Positions 8,337 to 17,560 are shown, counted from the first letter of the stretch. The stretch: 29,845 nucleotides of DNA from a virus (IMGVR_UViG_3300024248_000398:1-29845), one strand, 5' to 3'. The notes: generated by a model not told the origin, from the sequence alone. Made by a program: numbers and translations.

Positions 8337-9222
8337 TTTTTATATAATTGTAAAGAGATTTACTACCATTGAGAAAGTTAACTTTAGGTTCCCAACCCAA
8401 TAATTGTTTTGCTTTTGAACTACATACTATCTTACCTTTATAATCTCCTAGCCTTTCACCAGTATATATAATTTTAACATTTTGACCATGTAATTCTTGC
8501 ACTCTTTCTGCAACATTTTTAATACTTATTGGTTGAGGTCCTTCCAAATTAAATATTTCATTTTTACCTTTATCGGATAAAGCTAATCTATTACCTCTGG
8601 CATGGTCAGTTACATATAAAAAATTTCTATATATACTACCATCACCTGTAACCATTAATGGTTTTTTATCTATAGCATTGTTAATAAATTTAGACATTAC
8701 AGTATCAGGGTGACAACCAGGTCCATATGCAATACCATATCTTAAAATTGTAAAATCAATATTTTTAACTTTTTGATAGTTTCTAATTATAGCTTCACAT
8801 GTTAATTTACATGTAGTATATATATGTTCACTATTACTAATAGATAAATTAGAACATTCATCAACTTCAATACTATTACACACACTATACACCCAAACGG
8901 TTGATGAAAATATAATTCTTGGTATATTCAACTCATACATAGCATCTAATGTATTAGTTAAGGTCATTATGTTAGTATTTACTGCATGTTTTATGTCAAT
9001 ATGGTTTTCTTTACTATCGGATATTGCAGCAAACATATAAACTGCATTAAAGTTTTTAGTGGATAAAGCTTTTTTTAAGTTATTGAAATCTAACACATCA
9101 ATACTAATATCACTGGTCTTATTAACGTCAATTGTTGTAACATTATAACCATGTTCTTCTAATTCATTTTTGGTATATGAACCAATAAATCCAGAACCAC
9201 CGATAATAGCTATATTATTCAT
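8326..9222 (-). CDS. NAD-dependent nucleotide-sugar epimerase/dehydratase (extended SDR)
   Basis: IIGGSGFIG, FSST.WVY, YTTCK (YxxxK), LRY..AYGP, GDGS.YRNF, LGWEP. Confidence 0.92.
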   Translation of the reverse strand: MNNIAIIGGSGFIGSYTKNELEEHGYNVTTIDVNKTSDISIDVLDFNNLKKALSTKNFNAVYMFAAISDSKENHIDIKHAVNTNIMTLTNTLDAMYELNIPRIIFSSTVWVYSVCNSIEVDECSNLSISNSEHIYTTCKLTCEAIIRNYQKVKNIDFTILRYGIAYGPGCHPDTVMSKFINNAIDKKPLMVTGDGSIYRNFLYVTDHARGNRLALSDKGKNEIFNLEGPQPISIKNVAERVQELHGQNVKIIYTGERLGDYKGKIVCSSKAKQLLGWEPKVNFLNGSKSLYNYIKNES

Positions 9223-9228
9223 ATTAAA

Positions 9229-9234
9229 ATTATA
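9229..9234 (-). promoter_or_regulatory. TATAAT -10 element 6 nt before ATG 9222 (no clear -35)
   Basis: attata at 9229-9234; cat at 9220-9222. Confidence 0.45.
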
Positions 9235-9238
9235 ATAG

Positions 9239-9772
9239 TTAACCTTTATGAAACCATGGAGTATCTAATTTATCTAAATATTTTTTTAATAAAAAATATT
9301 TTTCACAAACTAAAGTAGTTCTATATTTTGTTTGTTCTAAAATAGCATTTACACTATGTTCAGTTTTTTTAGGTAATGTTATTGAACTATTAGTTTTTGG
9401 TTTGAATTCAACATTATCAACAATTATTTCTCCACCTTTCATAACCGGACAAATATCAACATAATATACTTCTGTTTCTGGTAAAAAAATCATAAAATCT
9501 TTACCGTATTCTTCTTTAACTCTATCAAATAAATCGGTATCGATATGCGGTTCAATAAAACCATTTTGCAATGTATAAAAACCAACAAAGTTGTATATGT
9601 TGTAATTACCTGTTATAACAAATTTTAAAAAATCAGGTAAATCTTCTTTTTTATATGTTACAGCAAAACATCTTTTACCGTTATAATCATCATCCAAATA
9701 TTCATTATTATGAATCCAATCATATATTTGTTTTCTTTGTGTTTCCGGTAAATAATTTTGATGAAGTTTCAT
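9239..9772 (-). CDS. 2OG-Fe(II) oxygenase-like protein
   Basis: PHID (HxD), GGE, distal HSV and a downstream Arg (YRTTLV) fit the DSBH facial-triad pattern. Confidence 0.75.
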   Translation of the reverse strand: MKLHQNYLPETQRKQIYDWIHNNEYLDDDYNGKRCFAVTYKKEDLPDFLKFVITGNYNIYNFVGFYTLQNGFIEPHIDTDLFDRVKEEYGKDFMIFLPETEVYYVDICPVMKGGEIIVDNVEFKPKTNSSITLPKKTEHSVNAILEQTKYRTTLVCEKYFLLKKYLDKLDTPWFHKG

Positions 9773-10583
9773 TATACTCTTTAATTTTATTTCTATACAT
9801 AGTATTTACAATTTTTTCATCTGATTGTCCACTCCACATATAGCTATTATCATTATATTGAGGACCATTATCTTTATATTTTCTACCAACATATAATATT
9901 TTAATATCAATTTCTGATAATAATTTTTGAAATTCAACTTCATCAGCTTCGATGTTAAAAATATCTTCAGTAACTCTTTCTTCGAGTATTTTATAAAATT
10001 TTTTTGAAAGCTTAGTATTATTGATATACATAAAACCAGCATTCCAACCCATGTATTTTTCACCATATTTTGTTGTGTATGAATTTATATCATTTTTATC
10101 TACAAACATTGCAAGGTCATAATTTTTTGAATCTGGTATTATTGAATTGAAATCATGATTAACTATAGTATCAACATCTAGATATAAAATATGTTTAAAG
10201 CCATTACCTATTAATAAATTAATTGTTTTAAATTTTATATTACTACAATAAACACCTTCATCTCTTTTAAAAATAGGATTACCTAATTTACCATTTTTTA
10301 TTTTTTCTTTCAATTCAATATAATTCATTTTTTTCGAATCTTCATAATTAGTAATAATTTTATTTTTAAAATTTTTATAATCATAAATTTTATAAAGATT
10401 AAAATTTTTATATTCATTATTGAATTCATTGCAATTAACCAATCTTAAAACAACATTTAAATTTTTACTATTTTTTTCTAATGAATTGAAGAACGGTCTT
10501 ACATACTGTATGTATTTTTGATTTGTTGAACATACAATAGTAAGTTTGTCTTTGTTTAAATCATTTATATTTTTTACATTCAT
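9720..10583 (-). CDS. GT-A fold glycosyltransferase-like protein, paralog B
   Basis: YCSNIKF, ILYLDVDTI, WNAGFMYINN, ADE, KYKD and MWSG. Confidence 0.7.
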   Translation of the reverse strand: MNVKNINDLNKDKLTIVCSTNQKYIQYVRPFFNSLEKNSKNLNVVLRLVNCNEFNNEYKNFNLYKIYDYKNFKNKIITNYEDSKKMNYIELKEKIKNGKLGNPIFKRDEGVYCSNIKFKTINLLIGNGFKHILYLDVDTIVNHDFNSIIPDSKNYDLAMFVDKNDINSYTTKYGEKYMGWNAGFMYINNTKLSKKFYKILEERVTEDIFNIEADEVEFQKLLSEIDIKILYVGRKYKDNGPQYNDNSYMWSGQSDEKIVNTMYRNKIKEYNETSSKLFTGNTKKTNI

Positions 10584-11361
10584 CTATATACCTATTATTA
10601 TTAAATTTTGTTTTACCAGAGCCAGACCATAATATTGAATTATCATTTAGATCTTCATCTTTATATTTTTTATCAACTTCTAATATTTTTACACTATTTT
10701 CAATAATATATGGTAAAACACGTTCATCTATATCCCAATCAAAAATTTCTTTTTGTACAATTTCGTTTATATTTTCAATTATATTTAAAGAGTTTCGGTT
10801 GTTATTAATACCGATTAAACCGCCATGATATAAAAAATCAGCACCATTTAATCTACCATTATCAAATTGTTCTGAATATGGTATATCTTTATAAAAACAA
10901 AAATCATAATTATCTAAATCCTTAAAAAGATTTGTAAGATCATTTCGAATAATACTATCCACATCTACATATAAAGTATTTTTAACACCGGCTTTGAGTA
11001 ATTTCAATATAGTATCAAATTTGATATTAGAACAATATGCTATTAATTCGCTATAAAATAATTTTATCGGTTTAATATCGGTTTTATTTTCATATACAAA
11101 ATCATCAGTAGCGTATAAACCTTGTTTAGTTTTTAAATTTCTCTTTTTTGATAAGTTTTTATTATCTCTTATAACAATTATGTTTTTTTCAAACCATTCT
11201 AATTTATCAGAAGAACAGTTAACAAACCTACCACATATTGATATGGGTGGTGAATTTTTTTTAATAGAATTTACCAAAATCTTTGCAAACGGTAGGTAGT
11301 TTTCATCCACTGTAAACGTGATAACATTTTTATCTACCAAGTCTCTGAACATTTTGCGCAA
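10561..11361 (-). CDS. GT-A fold glycosyltransferase-like protein, paralog C
   Basis: TVDENYL (GT8-like start), YCSNIKF, LYVDVDSII, WDIDE, KYKD and LWSG. Confidence 0.7.
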   Translation of the reverse strand: MRKMFRDLVDKNVITFTVDENYLPFAKILVNSIKKNSPPISICGRFVNCSSDKLEWFEKNIIVIRDNKNLSKKRNLKTKQGLYATDDFVYENKTDIKPIKLFYSELIAYCSNIKFDTILKLLKAGVKNTLYVDVDSIIRNDLTNLFKDLDNYDFCFYKDIPYSEQFDNGRLNGADFLYHGGLIGINNNRNSLNIIENINEIVQKEIFDWDIDERVLPYIIENSVKILEVDKKYKDEDLNDNSILWSGSGKTKFNNNRYIDECKKYK

Positions 11362-12275
11362 ATTCCTTCATATATATTGTTTTTTTGATTATTGACAACC
11401 TCTAACCATAATGGACTATTATAAATTTCTTCTAAAGTTTGCGTTAATAAATTACCTACTTTACCTTTTTGTTCCAAATCATTAAATGCACAAAATAAGA
11501 AATCACCATTTGGTAAAACCCCACCACCGTCACCGGGACCGAAAGGACAAATACCATTTTTTTTCCTTTCAACATATTCAAAATCTTTTAAATTGTCAGC
11601 TCTGTTTGTATTATATACTTCTGCTGTATTGACAGCTATATTTTTATTTTTTAGTAGTCTATGTATTTTATAATACATTTTTGTTTTAGGAAAATTTTCA
11701 TCAAAGTTTTTTTCACAACGTATGTTTAATTCTAATAAACTTTTAGTTTCTTTTTTTAAAAAAATCTCACCTATTTTATCGAACATTAATACAAATTTAT
11801 CATATCTATCTCTATTTGTATTTTTTATATAACTTTCTTTATCATAACCATATATAGATACAGTTAAATACAATTTTTTACATTTTTTAATAAGTTCTAA
11901 ATGTTTTTCCTTTAACTGGGTTAAATTTGTTGTTATCATATAATACTTTATTTTATCATTATTTTCTAAAAATAAAATTTTATCTTCAATATTTTTATCT
12001 AAAAAAGGTTCACCAACCGCCGGTGTAATTTGTATATGATTTATACCATAATCAGTAGCTTTGTTTACAAATAATTCAAAATTACTTTGAGACATAGTTT
12101 GTGTTTTACTAAGTTCATCGATATTTTTTATCGAACCTCTACAAAAATAGCAATTTAAATTACATATAAAAATAGTTTGAAAATTTATTGTTGTTCCAAA
12201 ATTTTCTAATTGTAAAGCTTCATTAAATCTAGGATCTTTATTACTATTTATTTTTTGTAAAAATGTATTACTCAT
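11334..12275 (-). CDS. Radical SAM enzyme with SPASM/twitch domain
   Basis: CNLNCYFC, GEPFLD, TN; C-terminal CPF..G..PNGD..FC, GNL..QTLEEI and CAKC. Confidence 0.9.
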   Translation of the reverse strand: MSNTFLQKINSNKDPRFNEALQLENFGTTINFQTIFICNLNCYFCRGSIKNIDELSKTQTMSQSNFELFVNKATDYGINHIQITPAVGEPFLDKNIEDKILFLENNDKIKYYMITTNLTQLKEKHLELIKKCKKLYLTVSIYGYDKESYIKNTNRDRYDKFVLMFDKIGEIFLKKETKSLLELNIRCEKNFDENFPKTKMYYKIHRLLKNKNIAVNTAEVYNTNRADNLKDFEYVERKKNGICPFGPGDGGGVLPNGDFLFCAFNDLEQKGKVGNLLTQTLEEIYNSPLWLEVVNNQKNNIYEGICAKCSETW

Positions 12276-12939
12276 AATCTAACCATACCTTACTAAATTC
12301 ACAATCTTTATATTCTTCTAGCCAAGGACCTCCGTCAGTAAAATGCAGAGCTTTTGGTTTAAAAGAACCTTTTTCTTTATAATAACCAACTAACCAATTC
12401 CATTCAATAGGTATATCCCCTATTTCACTATCTTCTAACCATTTAAATCTATGTAAAAAAGCTCCAGATTGATTGTTAATTGTTTCAGGATTTAAGGTTT
12501 TATTTTTTGGATGTTCATTATTAAAAATCATTAAACTACTCCAATTTTTTCTTGGGTAGATACTTTGACGTTTACCATCCATTTTTGTAAGGTTAGTAGG
12601 TTTATATTCATGCTTACAGCACTGCAATGCAAACTTTGGATCATATAAATCTAATAAATTATCTATAGAATCTATAAAAAGAAAATCACCATCACAAAAT
12701 ATACTAACCCCATTATATTCACTTATAAATGGTGTAAAAAACCTAGCAAATGCAAACTGTGTCGATTCATATTTATCTTTAATTCTATTATACTCTTTAA
12801 CAGTATTATAGTTTATTGCATGTATTGATATATTATATCTAGTATTCTGCTTTAAAATACTTGTTTTACATTTTTGAAAAGAAATTTCACTAGGTTCATC
12901 CAAACCAATAAAAATATTATACTTTAAATTACTACACAC
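12268..12939 (-). CDS. Nucleotide-diphospho-sugar transferase (GT8-like, plant CDI-like family)
   Basis: STQFAFARF, FCDGDFL, KMDG..QS.YPRKNWSS, LHRFKWL.D.EIG, WNWLVG and HFTDGGPW. Confidence 0.85.
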   Translation of the reverse strand: MCSNLKYNIFIGLDEPSEISFQKCKTSILKQNTRYNISIHAINYNTVKEYNRIKDKYESTQFAFARFFTPFISEYNGVSIFCDGDFLFIDSIDNLLDLYDPKFALQCCKHEYKPTNLTKMDGKRQSIYPRKNWSSLMIFNNEHPKNKTLNPETINNQSGAFLHRFKWLEDSEIGDIPIEWNWLVGYYKEKGSFKPKALHFTDGGPWLEEYKDCEFSKVWLDYE

Positions 12940-13957
12940 ATATATAGTTATCTAATTCTATAATTTTTTCAACAAACGTTTTAAAGAGAGTATCAATATT
13001 TCTATTTTTAGAAACATTTTTAACTCTTTCATAATAATTATGACCAACAAGACCATATTTACCGTATAATTCAGTATCATCGTTATCGTAACCACCATCT
13101 GTATTTTGTTTACCATCTATTATCTTACCTTTACTAAAATAAAAAGGTAAATGTATATAATCATGCCATTTTGAAACATATTGTTTTTGTAGATATATGG
13201 TCGAACATACTAAATTTACTGTATAGCAACAAGCAGATTCATACCCCATACCATATGGGTATAAAGTATTACTGTACTGACATACATTGCTAATAAATTC
13301 ATTTTTATTATAAAAGTTTACATTATAATTTAAAACTTTAAATATATCAGGTATATTTCTATGATAAGTTGGGGTTATTTCTAATTCATTAAAATTTTTT
13401 AATAATCTATTGTCGATCATTTTTTTTAATATACCGTACATTAGACAATAATTTAAGATATCTACACCGAACTTATCTTGTTTATTCCAATTATTTCTGT
13501 ATTTATGATTACCGCTTTTATAAAAAAAAATAAACTTTCTTTTTGTAATATTTTTTAACGTATTAGTTAGTTTTTTTTGTTTTCTTCTAAACTCATAATT
13601 TTTAGTCTTTGAATTAAACTCAGTATTTCTATCATCAAATATATAATCTATAATAAAATTATCTTTTTTTAATTTATTTCGTTGAGCCTTGTTAATTTTA
13701 TATATTGATTCAATCCTCTCTGATACAGTATACTGTTTTAAATTTTTAGTATATTTTTTATAATAAAAGTCAATAATTTTATTATAAATTTCAATACTAT
13801 CCAAGTTATTATCAAATTTAAACGAACTAAGTTCGTTATAATAATTTTTAATATATAAATGACTGCCGAAGTCTTTAAGAAATTTAAAAACTATATCTTT
13901 ATCTTTATATTTAAAATTATTATAAAATTCTTCTAAATACTTTTCTGCTTTGATCAT
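12932..13957 (-). CDS. Hypothetical protein within the tailoring cluster
   Basis: Long ORF. The track start at 14062 overlaps the upstream gene by about 100 nt; ATG 13957 (MIKAEKY) abuts the upstream stop and is preferred. No motif recognised. Confidence 0.7.
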   Translation of the reverse strand: MIKAEKYLEEFYNNFKYKDKDIVFKFLKDFGSHLYIKNYYNELSSFKFDNNLDSIEIYNKIIDFYYKKYTKNLKQYTVSERIESIYKINKAQRNKLKKDNFIIDYIFDDRNTEFNSKTKNYEFRRKQKKLTNTLKNITKRKFIFFYKSGNHKYRNNWNKQDKFGVDILNYCLMYGILKKMIDNRLLKNFNELEITPTYHRNIPDIFKVLNYNVNFYNKNEFISNVCQYSNTLYPYGMGYESACCYTVNLVCSTIYLQKQYVSKWHDYIHLPFYFSKGKIIDGKQNTDGGYDNDDTELYGKYGLVGHNYYERVKNVSKNRNIDTLFKTFVEKIIELDNYICV

Positions 13958-13958
13958 C

Positions 13959-14771
13959 CTAACTCTTATCAAAAGCCCATAAACAATCTTGATACGATGT
14001 ATCATTTTCACTATTGCTAATAAACTCCGGAGCCGGTAAAAGTATAGCTGGCCAATCTTCAAAAAGATCTACAAGATTTGATACGTCTTTATATTTATCA
14101 ATCGTTTCGTCAACACTATCTTGAATCATTTGTTTGATAATTTCCATTTCTTCCATTTCATCATCACTCAAACCTTCTAATTCTAAATTCAAATTATCAA
14201 AAGCTTTATTTTTATAAAAATTTAAAATTTCATTAAATTTATTTTTAACTAGTTCTGCATTTATATCACCGTTTTCATAATGAGAAGGTGATAAACCAAA
14301 GATTAAACTGAAACAACAATTATGTTCATTTAGAATTTTACTACAAAATAACTTTCTATATATTTCAATATCACTATTTTTTAATGTAGTAAACGTTTTA
14401 GCTAGATTAATAGCTTGTTTAATTGTAGTAAGTCTACTATTTATATTTTTATACGTTTCATCATTTATTTTATCTATTTCATCAGTATTATTAAAATTTA
14501 TATATTCTAAAAATGATTTAGCGTTTATTTTTATATATGGTAAATGGTGGGTAATATCAATTTTATGGCATGGTATTCTTTCAAATTGTTCCAAATCTAA
14601 ATTATAAAAATAATTAGCATCGGTGAATTTGTCGAAACCATCAGGTAGTGTGTTAGGTAAATACTTTTTATTACGAGTTAAATGACATTTACGTAAAACA
14701 CCATCGTCATAATACTCAGTAAGTAAAATATATTTTTCATATAGATTTATATCAATTTCCTCGTATATCAT
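13959..14771 (-). CDS. Hypothetical protein; C-terminal helical region ending WPAILLP, loosely like tail-fibre assembly chaperones
   Basis: ORF. Start moved from 14807 to the in-frame ATG 14771, which follows a TAAATA element. Function is weak inference. Confidence 0.65.
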   Translation of the reverse strand: MIYEEIDINLYEKYILLTEYYDDGVLRKCHLTRNKKYLPNTLPDGFDKFTDANYFYNLDLEQFERIPCHKIDITHHLPYIKINAKSFLEYINFNNTDEIDKINDETYKNINSRLTTIKQAINLAKTFTTLKNSDIEIYRKLFCSKILNEHNCCFSLIFGLSPSHYENGDINAELVKNKFNEILNFYKNKAFDNLNLELEGLSDDEMEEMEIIKQMIQDSVDETIDKYKDVSNLVDLFEDWPAILLPAPEFISNSENDTSYQDCLWAFDKS

Positions 14772-14779
14772 GATATTGG

Positions 14780-14785
14780 TATTTA
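14780..14785 (-). promoter_or_regulatory. Late promoter core TAAATA, 8 nt before ATG 14771
   Basis: tattta at 14780-14785. Confidence 0.4.
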
Positions 14786-15394
14786 TCAACAATGAGTCTG
14801 AATACAAGTACCGTAATTAATGGTATTTTGGTTACCGTATGGTATAGATACACCTTGCTTAATTATAGATGCTTGACCACTGATATTTAAATAAGGATCA
14901 CAAACAACAACACTAAACGTATTTGGAGCATTCAACCCTTCAAAACAAAACTTACAATTAGATACGGTAATGTTTTTAGTTATAGGTGCTCGATTAGAAC
15001 CAATTAAATTAACAAATACCCTTTTTACATTAGCAGCACTACCTCCACCACCACATGTTACTGTACTTTCATCTACATCACCCCATATACATGCATTGTT
15101 ACAATTATTATATGTTGATGATGGCTCACCACAAGCATAAAGAGATGTTGTTAAAACGCTTGATTGTCTAAAATTTGTAAATTTTATAGTGCAGGTATTA
15201 TCATTATCAAAATCACCTCTTGCAGGAAAAAAGAATTGTGTATTTCTGCCAAAATACATATCACTACCTATTTCATTGAGACTACAACAATTACCCGGTA
15301 TTGTTGTTGAGCAATTAGCTTGTTTTTTAACAACTTGTTGTATATTACAAAATGAAATTGGACCTGATGGTGGTATGTTTCCTGTATCTGACAT
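14786..15394 (-). CDS. Cys-rich putative virion/tail-fibre-associated protein
   Basis: 14 Cys in 202 aa; Ser/Thr/Asn/Gly-rich. The N-terminal PPSGPISF..I and later IKFTNF resemble a motif I recall from small phage fibre/adhesin proteins. Late promoter upstream. Confidence 0.6.
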   Translation of the reverse strand: MSDTGNIPPSGPISFCNIQQVVKKQANCSTTIPGNCCSLNEIGSDMYFGRNTQFFFPARGDFDNDNTCTIKFTNFRQSSVLTTSLYACGEPSSTYNNCNNACIWGDVDESTVTCGGGGSAANVKRVFVNLIGSNRAPITKNITVSNCKFCFEGLNAPNTFSVVVCDPYLNISGQASIIKQGVSIPYGNQNTINYGTCIQTHC

Positions 15395-15399
15395 ATTAT

Positions 15400-15405
15400 T
15401 ATTTA
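15400..15405 (-). promoter_or_regulatory. Late promoter core TAAATA, 5 nt before ATG 15394
   Basis: tattta at 15400-15405. Confidence 0.6.
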
Positions 15406-15406
15406 A

Positions 15407-15682
15407 TTATTTCTTTTTTTTCTTCCAATTAACTCTCTTAGAGCTTTTCTTTTTATACATCTTACCCTTTATCTTTTTACAAGCAGCTTTAGTAGGTCTG
15501 CATGCAGGGTAACTACCGCCTGATTTTTTAGATTTCCTACCACATGGTCCTCCTGTTTTGCAGTTTATCCATCCGCTAAACTTTTTACCAGTTTTAGGAT
15601 CAGTACCCCCGCGTTTAAACCATTTATGTAAGCTATCGCTTGCTTCAGTAAGATAATTATCAACTAAATCGTCGAATTTCAT
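15407..15682 (-). CDS. Small basic Cys-containing phage protein
   Basis: SLHKWFK..W.NCKTGGPCGR..YPACRP module. Start at 15682 (MKFDDL) gives an ATGA overlap with the upstream stop. Confidence 0.75.
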   Translation of the reverse strand: MKFDDLVDNYLTEASDSLHKWFKRGGTDPKTGKKFSGWINCKTGGPCGRKSKKSGGSYPACRPTKAACKKIKGKMYKKKSSKRVNWKKKKK

Positions 15683-16326
15683 TTCTTTTTCCAAATTTTA
15701 CCTTTACGGCATCTAACAATTGCTCCTGATTTATATGCTGAAGTCTTTTTACCATATACGCTATCAGCTTTTCTTTTACATCTATCTTCACCATTTTCAG
15801 CTGGTACTGAACTATCAATATAAAAGTCTCCCTTATGGTAAAGATTATCATCTTTTCGATGATGTAAATGGGTATTAATTCTTACCCCGTTATCGAGAGT
15901 AATTACATCATACTGTTTGTTATGGTCGACAACTTTACCCTTTGATGTAAAACTTGTTGCACCACCACCTGATGTGTCTTTAGTTGCATATACTATATTC
16001 TTACCAATATAGTTTGATGCCTCTTCATCCTCTGATTTAACTGGCTTTCTACCTTCAGTTTTAGAATTCTCTTTCTTTTTATCTTTATGAGGTCTTGAAC
16101 CTGTATAAGGAGATTTACCAGCTCCACCTTTTCTTATATTTTCAAAAAATGTCTTAAATGATTCTTTTTTAACGTTTAAATCTTGACCTTTTTTGATCCA
16201 TTCAACATCTCCTTTAGTATCATGGTAAGCGTCCTCTTCTGTATCATAAGGACCAACTACTCTACCACCGAACTTTGCATAATATTTTTCAGCTTGATAT
16301 TCTTTATTTTCTGTTTCATAGGGCAT
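15679..16326 (-). CDS. Modular hypothetical protein with basic C-terminal DRCKRKA..SAYKSGAIVRCRK module
   Basis: 215-aa ORF with internal SFKTFFE and EDEEA segments between modules; late promoter upstream. Confidence 0.75.
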   Translation of the reverse strand: MPYETENKEYQAEKYYAKFGGRVVGPYDTEEDAYHDTKGDVEWIKKGQDLNVKKESFKTFFENIRKGGAGKSPYTGSRPHKDKKKENSKTEGRKPVKSEDEEASNYIGKNIVYATKDTSGGGATSFTSKGKVVDHNKQYDVITLDNGVRINTHLHHRKDDNLYHKGDFYIDSSVPAENGEDRCKRKADSVYGKKTSAYKSGAIVRCRKGKIWKKK

Positions 16327-16331
16327 AATAT

Positions 16332-16337
16332 TATTTA
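16332..16337 (-). promoter_or_regulatory. Late promoter core TAAATA, 5 nt before ATG 16326
   Basis: tattta at 16332-16337; overlaps the upstream stop. Confidence 0.55.
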
Positions 16338-17234
16338 TTCGTTATCGACAAGAATAATATTAAATGATGTTGAAATAGCGACCCCGGTTGCGTCATTATA
16401 CGCTTGAACTTCAACATCGGATTTTTCTTCCAATGGAAGGGGTACCTTATAATCTTTTACTTGTTGACCGTTTACGAAGTATATATTATCAAGTGTTCTA
16501 AAAATATTACCATCTGTAAATGGTTTATATCTGAAATACGATTGTACCGATGAAGTACCAGAACTTCCTACCGTCCATTGTGTCAAATAACCAGTCTTTC
16601 CTGCAGGTACAGTATAAAGACCAAGGAAAGTTTGACCGAACCCCTCTTCATTGGCCCCTGAACCGTGTGTAGAAATATTAGCAAGTATTGTACCAGTACC
16701 ATTTGCTGCTGTTGATATTAGAACCGGTTTTGTATTTGTACCTTCGGACCCAGCTGTCTCAACAAAAGCACGATTAACTCGTAAAAATTTTGTTGTTGTT
16801 GGTGCACCAACAACGGTAACTGTTTCTTCAACTTCATGATATGACGCGTCTAGCCCCTGTACAGTAACTGTACGTGCACCGATACCACCTGCTTCATCAT
16901 CACCTTGATCCCCAACTACCGGTGCTACATAAAGACTTGAAGCAGAAGATAAATATGTATATATACCTCCATTATTCCAGATTGTTTCTAAATTTGCACC
17001 TACATCGAGATTAGAGCCAAATTTTTCAATAAACCCCTGGTTACCTGTGCCACTACCAATACCAGTATTAAACGGGTCAACCTGCTGTACTAATATAGCT
17101 GATTTATTGAAAACACCTTGACCTAAACCACCTGTTACCGCGGGGTATCGAGAATCATTTTCAATCTCAACATATTTCATGTAGTTGAGAGTGTTCTCCG
17201 GGGTTCTTATATCTGTTTTAATACTCATAATCAT
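16335..17234 (-). CDS. Putative virion structural protein (Gly/Thr-rich, beta-type)
   Basis: KFGSN..V..ETIW..GG.Y, GARTVTVQGLD, FLRVNR..V.TAGS and YTVPAGKTGYL blocks; composition typical of structural proteins. Confidence 0.65.
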   Translation of the reverse strand: MIMSIKTDIRTPENTLNYMKYVEIENDSRYPAVTGGLGQGVFNKSAILVQQVDPFNTGIGSGTGNQGFIEKFGSNLDVGANLETIWNNGGIYTYLSSASSLYVAPVVGDQGDDEAGGIGARTVTVQGLDASYHEVEETVTVVGAPTTTKFLRVNRAFVETAGSEGTNTKPVLISTAANGTGTILANISTHGSGANEEGFGQTFLGLYTVPAGKTGYLTQWTVGSSGTSSVQSYFRYKPFTDGNIFRTLDNIYFVNGQQVKDYKVPLPLEEKSDVEVQAYNDATGVAISTSFNIILVDNE

Positions 17235-17240
17235 AAAAAA

Positions 17241-17558
17241 TTACCAAGCACGGCAAGACCAGTATCGCGCTTTGAGCTTACTTCCAGGGTTATCGCAATT
17301 ATGTCTCGCTCTAAAAGATTTACGAGCTTTCGGATTACTCTTTCTAATTTTCATCGTTTTTTCACCACGTCTTTTAGCAGACGTACCACCGTGTCCGAAG
17401 TTAACTTTAACTACATTACCTTTTGGATTTTTAACATATACTTTAAATTTTTTAACATCTCCTCTCATAGGTTTGTTAAGTTTAACTTTTCTACCTCTAT
17501 ATTCGGCATCTTCTTCATATGCTTCCATTAAAGATATATATAATTTGTCGAAGGTCAT
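17241..17558 (-). CDS. Small basic phage protein (K..V.FG...RKSFRARHNC...ARYWSC module)
   Basis: Acidic leader (LMEAYEEDAE) followed by a Lys/Arg-rich module I recall from marine T4-like phages. Confidence 0.8.
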   Translation of the reverse strand: MTFDKLYISLMEAYEEDAEYRGRKVKLNKPMRGDVKKFKVYVKNPKGNVVKVNFGHGGTSAKRRGEKTMKIRKSNPKARKSFRARHNCDNPGSKLKARYWSCRAW

Positions 17559-17560
17559 GT

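Noticed and set aside
2311-12939. Bacterial O-antigen/capsule locus or host contamination
   Set aside because: No flippase, polymerase or export genes are present, and the cluster is continuous with phage late-promoter genes on both sides.
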